A DNA stretch of 55,954 nt from the NCBI GenBank assembly GCA_019828565.1, contig JAHDYR010000056.1, forward strand, positions 1 to 55,954, in the 5' to 3' direction. This stretch comes from Carpediemonas membranifera BICM (Eukaryota > Protista > Fornicata). Numbering within the stretch: the first letter of the stretch is position 1; each line of letters begins with the position of its first letter. Both the position numbers and the translations under genes were made by a program. The notes below the pieces were generated by a model. It worked only from the letters and a program-made list of their open reading frames with translations, ran no database searches and was not told the DNA's origin. Below are positions 41,190-52,446 of this stretch, one piece after another.

Positions 41190-44100
41190 TGTGCCGGGGC
41201 GAAGAGATTGGAACATTTACATAAACTGCGGACGTGGATGCCTTATGACATCCTACCCCCCTTAAGCTTGAGCTTGTGGGACTTGAGGTAGTCACGTGCC
41301 GCAGTGACGTGGCGGAGCCCGTCAGCGGGTTCCCATGTGGGATCGTAGTCGCCCTCCCAGCAGACGAGGAGCTGCAGTGTGCCGTTGCGGCGACGGTGCT
41401 TCTCGATGCCTTGCACGACGTACGTCTGCTCGTCGGAGGCGGCGAGGTTCTTCAGGCGGCTGAGCCCCGACTTGGTGTTGAAAGGAAGGACCTGGTCTAC
41501 GTGAGCCATGAAGGGGGCGCTCTCGAAAAGGTCGACCAGCTGAAGGGTGTTGTTGTCCTTGATGGCGAGAATCTTGAACGGGCCGGCGAAGCCATGCAGC
41601 TTTGGGGTCTTCGTCCGGTTGAGCAGGACGAGGTCGCCTTCCTTGAAGCTAGTCGGCTGGCGGTCGGCGTTGGCCTTGGCGAGGCGCTTGTCTACAGTCT
41701 CGCGCTGCTTCTCGGCCGCCCTAGAGGTCAACTTGGAGAGGTGGGCTCGAAGTAAAGTGATGTAGGCTGAGGCTGAGGCAAGGGGCGAGTCATTTTCGCT
41801 CGGTCGGAGGATTCTAGCGACTGTGGAGCTGGGGTCGAGTTGGTCTCCATACAGCATGGCGTGGGGTGTGACCCCAGTGGCGCTGCAGGTGGTTGTGTTC
41901 AGCAGCAGCTGAACTACCGGAAGGAGGTCGCTCCAACGGGAGAACTTGTCGGGTGGAGGATCAAACAGCGAAGATGCTTCATGACCTCCGCGTTACGACG
42001 CTCTACCAGCCCATTCGACTGAGGGTGGTAGGGGAGGGTGAATTGCTGGGTGATGTCCGCGCTTTCGAGCAGGGCCTTGACGACGTTGCCGGTGAACTCA
42101 GGCCCGTTGTCGGACTTGATGAACAGGGGAGTCCCATGACGGGTAATCACCTGGCGCCAGAGGGCCTCTGACGCTGCATCAGCTGTGTTCTCGTCCGTCG
42201 CGGCCAACTCAGTGTAGCGAGTAAACATATCGACCATAACTGTGATGTATCTGGAGCCGACTGCGTCTGCCGGGATTGGACCAATAGTATCCACTGCGAC
42301 AGTGTGGAACGGTTTGTACACTGCTGTTGTGCGGAGCTCTGCCTCGGCGAAGTTGCGTAGGCGAGCTTTCTGGCACTCGTCACATGAGGCGATGAACTCC
42401 TCGACATCTGTTGTGCAGCCTGTCCAGGTATAGCCGTCTGCTCTCAGGCGTTCGATGGTAGCCTTGGCGCCGTGGTGTCCTCTGTGGGCGATCTGTATCA
42501 GCTCCTTTCGGAGGGGTCTGCACACGGTTGAAGTAGGGATGACGACGAGGCCGTCCTTGCGGCGAAGACCGTCGCTGTCTACGGTCAGCTTGGAGACGGT
42601 AGAGTCGTCTGTCTGGTGTTTGATGAGTGTGTCATGGTAGCGGGAGTCAGTCGTGATGGCTGCGACAGTGGGCGAGGTCGAGTGACCGCAGCGGCTCAGC
42701 GCGTCTGCGACTGCGTTCTGTAGGCCGGGAACGTGCTCGACATCGAACTTGTAGTCTGCTAATGTCAGTCTCCACCGGTTGATCTTGTCGTTCTCGGATG
42801 ACTTGGCGATCATGTAAATAAGATTACGGTGGTCGGTCCGTAGGAGGAACCTCTTCAGGCGTAGGAGGGGTGACAGGGTCGGGTGTGTAAGGCAAAAAGA
42901 CAATGGCAAATAGCTCCTGCTCACACGTGGCCCAGCGCGACTGGGTTGACGTGAATGTGTGAGAGAAGTAGGCGAGGACCTGTGTCTTATCGTCCTTTGT
43001 CTGCCATAGTACGCCGCCTGCTCCGATGTTGCTAGCGTCTGTCTCGAGCGTCCAGTCGGCGTCGGCGTCCGGATGTGCGATAAAGAGATCGTCAGTGAAC
43101 AGGGTCTTCAGGCCGTCGAAAGCGGCGTCGTGCTCCGCTGTCCATTCCCACAGACGGTCCTTTTGCAGAAGATCGTTGAGAGGTCTCATGTACTCGTGTC
43201 GTGTATGGGGAACGAATGATGCGAGGTACTGGAACTGTCCGAGGACTACGCGAAGCTCGTGGACGTTGGTGGGTGCAGGTAGATCGCGTAGGGCTTGGGT
43301 CCTGGCTGGGTCGACGTGTACTCCGGCCTGGTCGACCGTAAAGCCGACAATCTTGGCGCTGGTGGTGCCGAAGACTCCCTTCTTGGCGCTGAACTGAACG
43401 CCTGCAGCGTCCGCGCGTGTGAGCAGGTCGCGGAGAATGCGTAGGAAGGAGTCATCGTCACGGGCGTAGATGAATATGTCGTCGATGTAGGGGTTGGCGC
43501 CCTTGTACAACAGTGGGGCGAGCATGCCTTCGATCTCCCGCTGGAAGTGAGAAGGCGCGTTGCAAAGGCCGAACGGCATCCTGAGGAATTCCTCGTAGAC
43601 GCCCGGGGCGGTGAAGGCCGTCTTAGGCACGTCGTCTGGGTGCATGGCCACCTGCCAGTAGCCCGACGTCAGGTCTAGCGTCGCAAAGCGTGTGCAGCCC
43701 GACGCGAGGTTGAGGAGTTCTCGCATGTTGGGGATCGGGTGCCGGTCGGGTACTGTCCAAGAGTTGAGGCGGCCGTAGTCGATACAGAGACGGTAGGCGT
43801 CGCCCTTTGCGACCAGGACGATGGGGCTTGCGTAAGGCCCCTCAGAGGGCTGTGTGATCTCGTCCTGGCGCAGGCGCTCGACGTATGGCAACAGCCACTC
43901 CAGCTTCTTCGGGTGTAGGTTGCGCGGGCGAAGACGGATCGGAGGGGCGTTGTCGTAAAGCGGGATGCGCATAGGGGCAAACGAGCACGGCTGTTTGCTT
44001 ATGACGGGGTCGAATAGGTGATCGAACCGACGGAGGATCGAATGTAGCTCGTCGGTCTGGGCCTTGGTGGAGAGCTCGTGTATCTCACACGCGTCGGTGT

Positions 44101-45771
44101 GAAACTCGCTTGAGGAGACGGCCTCGACGGGGGCGTCGAGGTACTTGTGGAGTGGGAGGCCATCGGTGGCGTCCTCCGGGCGTGAATCCGGAAGAAGTGG
44201 GATGTGGAGGCCACTCTCGGAGAGATAACCGAGCGCGCGAAGCACGTCGCATCCAATGAGCACACGTTCAGTGGCGCGCGTCATGATGTAGAGGATGAGA
44301 TCGACGATGACGTTTCCAGATGTGCTGGGCAACGTGATCCGCGCTTGGACGTAGTGAGTGATGAGGATGGGCTCATTGGTAACGGACTGAACAGTAAATG
44401 GCTTTTCAAGCTCATGTGTGACGAGTTGGAGCGTCTTAACGGAGGTTGTGGAGATGATCGTGATTGCGGAGCCGCTATCGATCAATATCACCTGTTCTTG
44501 GTCATTCACAGCTCCCTTAACTGAGAATGCAGTTGAAGCGGCAACTTCTTCGATAAAGGCATCATCACAAGCATTGTGTGCGACTTCGACTTCGTGGACT
44601 CCTGGACGAGAGTTGATCAGCTTGGATCTGTCCCGGAGCACCATGTTCCCAGCGCGTCTCTCGTCGGGGCGAGGCTGTGGCTGCTGGGATGACTGTTGCT
44701 GCTGCTTCTGAGCAGCTGGTGCCGGCTGTGGCTGAGCCGGTTTGTTGGCCGCTTGGGGCTGGCGTTGCGGCTGAGGTGCCGGTCTGGCGTCGCGGGCCGC
44801 GGCGGGGTGGCCTTTGGTAGCCTGGGGCTGTCCGGGCGTGCTGCCGCGGTGCGGGCAATCAGCCTTCCAGTGCATGCCTCCACAGGAGCACGCGTATGGA
44901 GGAGGGCGCCGGCGCTCGCGGCGGGATCTGGTGTTGGCGTTCTGGCTATGTTTCGGGCCAGTGCTGGAGCTCGTGATGGAGCTCGTGCTGGAGGATGTGA
45001 TGGATATGTCTTGAATCACGCTTCCGAGGACTTCACGGGCGTCAATGGCGTGCAGTATGAGCTCGCGCGTGTGCACAAATAAGCTATCGATGTCCCGGGC
45101 GCCAGAGAGGTCCCACTTTTGCTGAATACGGTTGGCAAGTGAGACCGGGCGAAGGGCGGCGATAAAAGCTTTGGCGATGATCTTATCGAGTCCGCGGGTG
45201 GGGCTGGCTTTTCTCGGGGTGTCCTGCTCACTCGGCGTGCTGTCTGGCTTCTGGGTGATGACCTTGCTGAGGGCGGCCTCGTCTTCATCCACCTCGGCGG
45301 GCTCGGGCTCTGGCTTGGCGCCGAGCTCGGCGTTGAGAAGGGCATGGGCGTGGGAGCGCAGCTCCTCGGTCTCAGCCATGAGACGAGATACGGCCTCGAT
45401 CGTGGACTTGGTTCGGTCCTGCGTGAGGGCCCGGATTTCTTGGATGGTTTTCTCAAGGGTTCTCGGGAAAGAAAGAGCGGTGATTTCGGCGAGAAGTTCT
45501 GCGTCGTTGAGTGCTTCGACGTCGACGTTGCGGACAAATCGGACATGACTGACTTGATCCTCGGTGAGGCACTCGTAAGCCGTTATGACGGTTGTGGTAG
45601 GAGCATGCTTCTGCGCGAACGTGAGGGCGCGTTTGAACGCGCGAACGGACTCTCTAGAGAAGTCCGATAGTGATGGCGGAATCCAATTATTCATTTCGGA
45701 AAGTGATCACTGTGCCGGGGCGAAGAGATTGGAACATTTACATAAACTGCGGACGTGGATGCCTTATGACA
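41190..45771 (-). mobile_element. Ty3/Gypsy chromovirus-type LTR retrotransposon 2 (61-bp LTRs, TSD GAGG)
   Basis: Identical LTRs at 41190..41250 and 45711..45771; GAGG at 41186..41189 and 45772..45775; minus-strand PPT AAGGGGGGTAGGA at 41251..41263. Confidence 0.95.
41243..45694 (-). CDS. gag-pol of element 2 (Zn knuckle, protease, RT, RNase H, integrase, chromodomain), apparent frameshifts near 42880 and 41940
   Basis: CSCGGMHWKADC; LIDSGS; YIDD; TDAS; HRGHHG..CDEC, DTIG/SDNG/VERRN; YVVQGIEKHR...LLVCWEGDYDPTWEP. The stop codon lies inside the 3' LTR. Confidence 0.9.
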
Positions 45772-46130
45772 GAGGAGCTTGGGGTCGTAAATTTTGATGA
45801 CTTCAGAGATTGCTCGGGGAGATTTATCGGGAGATGGTGGAGGGCAGCCGCGCCACAGGGGACCCCAGGTCTCCCCCGGACCTGCGTGTATGCGCGGTGA
45901 CCCAACCCCAAACCTCCTCCCGACATCATCTCAGCAGACCTTCCAGAGGTGTCATCCCCTCTGACCCATGCGCACTGGGCCACCAGCGGTACCGGCCCCA
46001 AACAGGACCGGCGCCACCGTCCGTACTCTCACTCTTCGCAACCCGGTCTTCCCGCGGGACGAGCCTCCAGGCAGGCGACGAGCTTCCACGCTGCAATAAC
46101 TAGCCATGAAACATGAGCGCGGAAGACCGT

Positions 46131-46889
46131 TTACTTCTTGCCAGAGTTGGCGAGGAAGGCGGAGTGCTTCTCGAGGAGACCGACCTCAGCCTTGGTGGCG
46201 GCCCACATGTCGGGGGTCAGGTAGCAGTAGGTCTTGGACAGAGCCTGGAAGGTAGCCGAGACGAAGTTGCCGAGAGTTCTGGTGGAACCAGAAGACTGGA
46301 CGAACACATCCTGGACACCGGCAAAGGCGAGAACCTTCTTGGCGGCGGGGGCGGCAACGATGCCGGAACCGCGGGGAGCGGGGCAGAGACGGACGCGGAC
46401 GGAGCCGGCCTTGCCAGTGACCTTCATGGGGACAGTGTGAGGGCCACCGATGTTACCGAAAGAGTAACCGAGACGGATGGGAACCATGTTGATCTTGCCA
46501 ACGAGGATAGCGCCACGGATAGCGAGGGCAACCTCCTTAGCGACCTTGATGCCGAGGCCCATGTGACGGTTGTGGTCACCGACGACGACGAAGGCCTTGA
46601 AGCGAGTGCGCTGGCCGGCAGTGGTCTGCTTCTGGACAGACATGACCTTGAGGACCTCCTCGGAGAGGGGCTCGTCCTTGAAGAAGTGATCGACGATCTG
46701 GTACTCCTTGATAGGCATGGAGTGAAGGAAGATCTCCTCCAGGCTCTTGATCTTGCCCTCCTTCACGAGGCGGCCAAGCTTAGTGGCGGGAATCCACTCC
46801 TCCTTGCGGGGACCACCACGCTGGGGGCGGCGGCCACCGAAACCAGTACGGGGACGGCGTTCGTTGGAAGCGGGAGCACCAGACTGCAT
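46131..46889 (-). CDS. RPS2: 40S ribosomal protein S2 (uS5)
   Basis: [59 protein letters not shown]. Start at 46889 or 46925. Confidence 0.97.
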   Translation of the reverse strand: MQSGAPASNERRPRTGFGGRRPQRGGPRKEEWIPATKLGRLVKEGKIKSLEEIFLHSMPIKEYQIVDHFFKDEPLSEEVLKVMSVQKQTTAGQRTRFKAFVVVGDHNRHMGLGIKVAKEVALAIRGAILVGKINMVPIRLGYSFGNIGGPHTVPMKVTGKAGSVRVRLCPAPRGSGIVAAPAAKKVLAFAGVQDVFVQSSGSTRTLGNFVSATFQALSKTYCYLTPDMWAATKAEVGLLEKHSAFLANSGKK

Positions 46890-47105
46890 TGCTATGTCCG
46901 TATCGCTGCTAGCTGTTTTTTTCATCCAAAGTTTTTTGGCGACAGAGATAACTGTCGCGACGTCGCGCCCACGGCCCTTTCCACTGCCCCTAACGCTAGC
47001 TGTACAACATACGAGCGACCAACAACTACTCCGGAAATTTTAGCGACTGAATCATGAAAGCTCCAACTGACGGCCTCACACTTCATAACACACAACTCGG
47101 CCCAC

Positions 47106-48125
47106 TCAACGGCCAGAGAAAGAGGTACTGTACCCATTAGACAACGACATTGCGCTCAGGAACGACGAGGTTGTGTCCACGGCGGCGGGGGTGGGGCAGC
47201 AAGACATGTCAATATCCGAGAAGGCGCAGGTGTCGTGTGCCTCGGCCTGGAACTCGGGAGTCCTGGTTGCTTCTTTCAAGATCATCTTGATGCGACAGTG
47301 GCACACAAGCTCGCCGTACTTCACTGTTGCCAAATATTTCATTATTTGGTCAATATATGGAGGATATATCGCGGGCAGACTGTCTCCCCTGATCAGTGCC
47401 TCCTTCATCTTCATCACGGCCTGCTTGTCATTGACGCCAGACCAGGGCAGCGACCCGTTGAGTAATTCAAGCACTGAGAAGACCATTGACCAGTAGTCGT
47501 CCCTGGGGCTGAGCTCCTGGTTGAGGTGTGCGTTGATGCTGGCGTACTGGACGCTGCCTCTGAACCCCGGGTTCCTCCTTGGGGGGATGACTGATCCATC
47601 GTCTGCCATAAACAGCCGGGCGATGCCGAAATCAATAAGATAGAGCTGGGTTGACTGTCTACCGAACGAGAAGTTGCCCGGTTTGATGTTTCTATGGACG
47701 ATTCCTGCGTTGTGTACATCTCTGAGGCACAGTGACATGCCAAGCACGAGCTTGACGGACTCACGCAGGGTAGCGTGGTTGATGCCCTCAGAGGACTTGA
47801 ACTTGGAGTAAATGCTCTTGCCCAGGAGCTTTTGGACGACGTAGGAGTGCGAGGCCTCCTGTTTGCATGTGATTAGGCGTGGAGTTCTTTTGACGTCGTG
47901 GCCGAAGGCATGGATGAGCATCTTAGCCTCGTTCTGGGCACATGCAGCTGCAAGTTTGGTATGTCCGACTTTCAAAGCAACTGGCTTCTGCGTCTTGATA
48001 TCAAGACAAGCAAAGACTGTTCCTACGGCGCTATGCGCAAGCACTCGTTTCAAACAAAAGCGGTTATCAAAGACATCGCCGAGTTTCAGACATCCGGATG
48101 ATGGTTGGCAAGCTTCCGCGCTCAT
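47106..48125 (-). CDS. Casein kinase 1 family (TTBK-like) kinase, possibly catalytically impaired
   Basis: VALK, LLGKS, HRNIKPGNF, DFGIAR, FRGSVQYASINAH, SPRDDYWS. Confidence 0.88.
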   Translation of the reverse strand: MSAEACQPSSGCLKLGDVFDNRFCLKRVLAHSAVGTVFACLDIKTQKPVALKVGHTKLAAACAQNEAKMLIHAFGHDVKRTPRLITCKQEASHSYVVQKLLGKSIYSKFKSSEGINHATLRESVKLVLGMSLCLRDVHNAGIVHRNIKPGNFSFGRQSTQLYLIDFGIARLFMADDGSVIPPRRNPGFRGSVQYASINAHLNQELSPRDDYWSMVFSVLELLNGSLPWSGVNDKQAVMKMKEALIRGDSLPAIYPPYIDQIMKYLATVKYGELVCHCRIKMILKEATRTPEFQAEAHDTCAFSDIDMSCCPTPAAVDTTSSFLSAMSLSNGYSTSFSGR

Positions 48126-48242
48126 TCACAACTCGTGGCGATGAAATGAGGTACGATCTGATGCCCTATTTATGGTTTATTGGATGGCATGTAAATCGCT
48201 GTTAAATAGCAAGTATGAAGTGGCAGAGACAACCCAAAAACA

Positions 48243-49151
48243 CTACATAGGCCGCACGATGCCCTTGAGCTGCTCCAGAACCTGGTCCTCCACGCTCACC
48301 TCTTCCTCTGGCGGCTCGTACAGCCCAGACGCCATGTCCTGGGCTATTGAGAGGGGATCCCGGTCGGTCTCCCCCAGGAGGCCTGGTATGTACCCAATCC
48401 TCCCGTCAGCTGTCTGTATCAGCGATGCAATGGACTTATCGTCCCTGGAGCAGAGGGGGGTGAAGGCGACCAGGCTGAACTCTGCCAGCAAGTCCCGGAC
48501 GCCCTCGTTGAAGTCCCTGAACGGGCCATACGACTCTGTCCGGTTCAGCATGTCAATGCATCTCTCTGGGTCGAACCTATCGTCGTCCCGAAGGTCGTCC
48601 TCGTCGAACGAGCACAGGTCTGCCTTTGAATAGACATTGAGCCACGGAAGCTCGAAGTTCACCATGCCGCACAGGCTTGTGAGCGAGGCCGACACCAGCT
48701 TGGCCGGGTCGAGGCACTGGGAGCCGTCGACGAGGTGGACGACGCACAGCTGGAGCTTCAGTTCCTTCTCAAGGCGATGGAGGATGGCGACAAGGGAGTT
48801 GTGGACAGTGTACAGCTCGGTCTGGCCGGGGAGGTCGAAGATCAGGAAGGCGCCACCTTTGAGTTCCCGGATGGCGGCGAGGAGCGCGCCGAGATTCTTC
48901 TCAAGGTGCTCCATGCAGAAGACCATGGCGCCGTTAGGGCCAAGACCTTCATCTTCCATGACTTTCTCCATCGTAATTATGGAGCGAATGTCCCAATAGG
49001 GCTTGTAGGACACCTCAAGGTGCTCATTCGCGCTGTCGAGGTTGATTATGACTGCCGGACGCTTGATCTTGCGCATGAAGCTCACAGCTGCTGTGCAATA
49101 GACAGTTTTACCTGCTCCCGGTGGCCCAACGACAAGATGGCCATAGTTCAT
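48243..49151 (-). CDS. GPN2: GPN-loop GTPase 2
   Basis: GPPGAGKT P-loop, LGPNG, FDLPGQTELYT, ELPWLNVYSKAD. Confidence 0.88.
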   Translation of the reverse strand: MNYGHLVVGPPGAGKTVYCTAAVSFMRKIKRPAVIINLDSANEHLEVSYKPYWDIRSIITMEKVMEDEGLGPNGAMVFCMEHLEKNLGALLAAIRELKGGAFLIFDLPGQTELYTVHNSLVAILHRLEKELKLQLCVVHLVDGSQCLDPAKLVSASLTSLCGMVNFELPWLNVYSKADLCSFDEDDLRDDDRFDPERCIDMLNRTESYGPFRDFNEGVRDLLAEFSLVAFTPLCSRDDKSIASLIQTADGRIGYIPGLLGETDRDPLSIAQDMASGLYEPPEEEVSVEDQVLEQLKGIVRPM

Positions 49152-49333
49152 GAGCGACCAAATGTTGCGACATAAGCTGCACCAGACCCTCAGAGCAGAG
49201 GACGTCTGGGGCTGTAACGCACATGCACGTAGTAGACACAGGCTTTACACTGCCGCTCTTGGTCACGGTTTTCGCTTGTTAGCCTCTGCGTTCGACTTCA
49301 TCATTTTTTCTTGCAAAGAATTTCGTCGTAGAA

Positions 49334-50434
49334 ATGGAAATGAACCCCCCAGACGTTGGGGATATGCTTTCGCCGGATTCCCGGCCTATGATTTTCTCTG
49401 TACAGATGCAGGGCCTTCAGGACCTGCAGCTCAAGGACGTTAAGGTCCCGAACAACACTCCTGTGACTCATGTGAACGTCCCTCTGCACCCCCAGGCAAA
49501 TGGCGAGGACGAGGACTATGAAGACGAAGGTGAGCCTTCCACTGGCCTTGTTGAAGCCATCACTAACCAGCTCGGTTCGCTCCTCGGCAAGTCCTCGGGC
49601 TACGTTGAGTCTCTCCCCTTCACTGTCCGCCGCCGCGTTGGAGCCGTGATGAAGATTGACGCCACCGTGGTCGAACTCATGGCTGAGTTTGACGCTGAGC
49701 GTATTAAGCTCATCCAGTCTTACGAAAAGAAATACCAGCGTCTCTGGAAGAAGCGCATGAACTTCATCAGCGGTGCTGCTGAGCCTACTGGTGATGAGTG
49801 CCTGCCCGACTCTGAGGCTGCCGAGGAGGACGAGGACGAGACTGTCGGCATCCCGAACTTCTGGACCACTGTGTTCAACGAAGCTGAGGATCTGCTCATG
49901 GGTGTTGTCCACGAGCACGATGAGGACGCTCTCCAGTATCTGACGAACGTTACGAGCGAAGTTGTGCCCCCCTCAGAGGAGGACGGCGAGGGCTTCAAGA
50001 TCACCTTCTTCTGGGCTCCGAACCCCTTCTTCCACAACGCTGAGCTGGCGATTTCGTTTATTTTCAACAAGGGCGACAACTCCATGCTCCACCATGCCGT
50101 CGGCACGCCTATTGACTGGTGTGACGGCAAGAACCTCACCGTGAAGTTCATCACACGCACCCAGCGCCACGCCAAGAGCGGCAAGCAGCGAGTGATCTCC
50201 AAGAAGGTGGCCCAGGAGTCTTTCTTCACGATCTTCTCGCCGCCCACTGTTTCCCAGCTCGCAAAGGCCGAAGAGGACGAGAGCGAAGAGCTTGAGGCCC
50301 TCGAGACAGCCTTGCACACATCATACGAGGTCTGTCACACTCTCCGTCAGAAGATTATCCCCAACGCGTCCCAGTTTTTCACTGGGAGCTATGATGAGGA
50401 GTTCGACAGTGACGTCATCGAGGAGGAGGACTGA
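49334..50434 (+). CDS. NAP1: Nucleosome assembly protein (NAP1 family)
   Basis: GYVESLP, GIPNFWTTV, NPFFHN, GTPIDW..GKNLT, ESFFTIFSPP, IIPNA..FFTG, acidic tail. Confidence 0.93.
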   Translation: MEMNPPDVGDMLSPDSRPMIFSVQMQGLQDLQLKDVKVPNNTPVTHVNVPLHPQANGEDEDYEDEGEPSTGLVEAITNQLGSLLGKSSGYVESLPFTVRRRVGAVMKIDATVVELMAEFDAERIKLIQSYEKKYQRLWKKRMNFISGAAEPTGDECLPDSEAAEEDEDETVGIPNFWTTVFNEAEDLLMGVVHEHDEDALQYLTNVTSEVVPPSEEDGEGFKITFFWAPNPFFHNAELAISFIFNKGDNSMLHHAVGTPIDWCDGKNLTVKFITRTQRHAKSGKQRVISKKVAQESFFTIFSPPTVSQLAKAEEDESEELEALETALHTSYEVCHTLRQKIIPNASQFFTGSYDEEFDSDVIEEED

Positions 50435-50652
50435 AGTTAAACGGTTTATTCAACTGATCATCATTTGTTTGGGTTCGGCGACTATTACTGTGATGGACGG
50501 CAGCAACTGTGCAGAGCAACCATGGTTTGGGGCTGGGCGGAGAGGTCGGGCAGCAGACCACGGCCGGATGTGGCACTGTTCCCTAAATCTCTAAATACCA
50601 CACATGCAAGGTCTTATTCTGCACTCCCCAAAAAAAGGCAGGTCATTATTTC

Positions 50653-52287
50653 ATGGCCCGCTTTTTACCGGCCCATATTCGAAATCGTGACGATCCGGCT
50701 GTACAAGAAATGTGCAGACGGCCACCACGCCGCTGCATGTTTCTTGAAGGGGGCTTCTATCACAAGATTCCTTCTCGCGACGAAATGCTGGAGGATAATC
50801 TGAATGAGCACGACCTTCTTGGACGAGGAACATATGGACGTGTCTACAAGGCCACAATGCGGCAAGATGGTCAAGATTCCTACACCCAGGTGGCAATCAA
50901 GGTCCACATCGAGCACACCAAGGACTACCTACATGGCATACCGCCAGCAGCCATCCGGGAGATCAACAACCTCAAGCTGATGTACAACTTCCCCTGGATC
51001 ACCCAGCTTCACCGGGTTGTCAGCCGCCTGCCCATCCAGGCGTCTGGGGACCACCGCATCGTGGATCCCCTCGACGACAACCCCACGCCCATCGACGACG
51101 CCAGCTCGTTCGACCGGATGCCGTCAGAGGACGAGGAGTATCCCCCTTTCCGCGAGATATGCATGGTTTTCGCCCTGGGAGACCACTCGTTGTCTGGCAT
51201 CAACCACAATAAGAATTTCGGCGATAACGTCACTGAAAACGACCTGAAGCTTATCATGCTGCATATAGCGAAGAGCATTGAAGTCACCCACAGCTTTGGC
51301 GTCGCCCATAGGGACCTGAAGCTCGCCAACATCCTCGTCCAGGAGAACCGCTGCCAGCTCACAGACTTCGGCCTGGCCCGCCGCCTGAGGTCCCGGGACG
51401 ACAGCCCCCCGCTCACAGGCAAGGTCTGCACGCTTTGGTACCGCCCGCCCGAGTGCTTCCTCCAGACGCCATCGCCGAAGATGAGGAATAAGGTGCATAT
51501 CCGATACGACCGCAAGATTGATATATGGTCTCTGGGGTGCATGATGTTCGAACTGCTGACAGGCAAGGTTCTCTTCCCCGCGAAGCCGAAGGCCAACGAA
51601 GACGGCGAGGAGATTGCCATGCGCCTCATCTACTCGAAGATCGGCACCCCCGCCTCCACCGGCTGGGCAACCGGGCTGGACCTGCTCCGGCACAGGTACG
51701 CTAGGCCCGAGCTTGCCCCGCCCGCCCGGGAGACAGGTTTCGTGCCGCCCGTGCCCTATCATGGTGTTGCCGCATATCGCCGCAAGTAGCGTGATGATCT
51801 GACACTCGTGGCCATGCCGACGGAGGTCAGGGCCCACCCGGTCGTCCGGGAAATGCTCGACCCGAAGGCCCGGCACCCCATCAAGAGCGACGATAGTCTC
51901 TACCTCGCAGTTGACCTCATGATGTGGATGCTGGATCTCGATCCAGACCGGCGGCCCACCATACAGCAAGTCCTGGGTCACCCCTGGCTGAAGTCGACGC
52001 AGGTTAAGGAGGCCCCCAGCCCCGAGCGTTATGAGGTGGACTTCCCCCGACTTATCGGGCGAGATGCGGGACCATGTCTTGATATACAGCGCGCACGGGA
52101 GGAGGCGTTGAGGAGGAACCAGCAGTCCAGCATATCAGTGCAGGCACGACCCTTGCCGGCTACTGCGGGGGTCGTGGGCCAGGGGCGGCAGGCCTACCTC
52201 GCCCCGACCCGGAGGGGCAGAGGTGCAGGTGTGGGCAAGAGGAAGCTGCCGGATAGAGGGAGGGGGAAGCGGGGGAGGTACAATTGA
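50653..52287 (+). CDS. Cyclin-dependent kinase (CDK9/CTK1-like), interrupted by one in-frame TAG at 51787..51789
   Basis: GRGTYGRVYKA, PPAAIRE, HRDLKLANIL, DFGLAR, VCTLWYRPPE, IDIWSLGC. Subdomain XI (LDPDRRPTIQQVLGHPW) lies after the TAG in the same frame. Confidence 0.85.
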
Positions 52288-52446
52288 ACGAACGGGGGCC
52301 GGGGTAACCTGGCCGAATCTGCAGCAGGAAACCTTTACTTAGACATGGATAAATTCGTAACGCGCATGATAGACGCGCAGACTCTGATATGCCCCAACTA
52401 TTGTTATTCGCCAATAAATATTCGCATGAACACGCGCTGGCTCGGC

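Noticed and set aside
36751-45694. Programmed ribosomal frameshifting in the LTR elements
   Set aside because: The shifts fall inside domains and often at homopolymer runs while the LTRs are identical. The same pattern occurs at 41-44, ~4085 and in the tandem repeat, so long-read indel errors or recent mutations are more likely.
46113-47057. 314-aa plus-strand ORF, and similar long antisense ORFs over NAP1, the CDK and the CCDC162-like gene
   Set aside because: They are antisense shadows of strongly codon-biased real genes.
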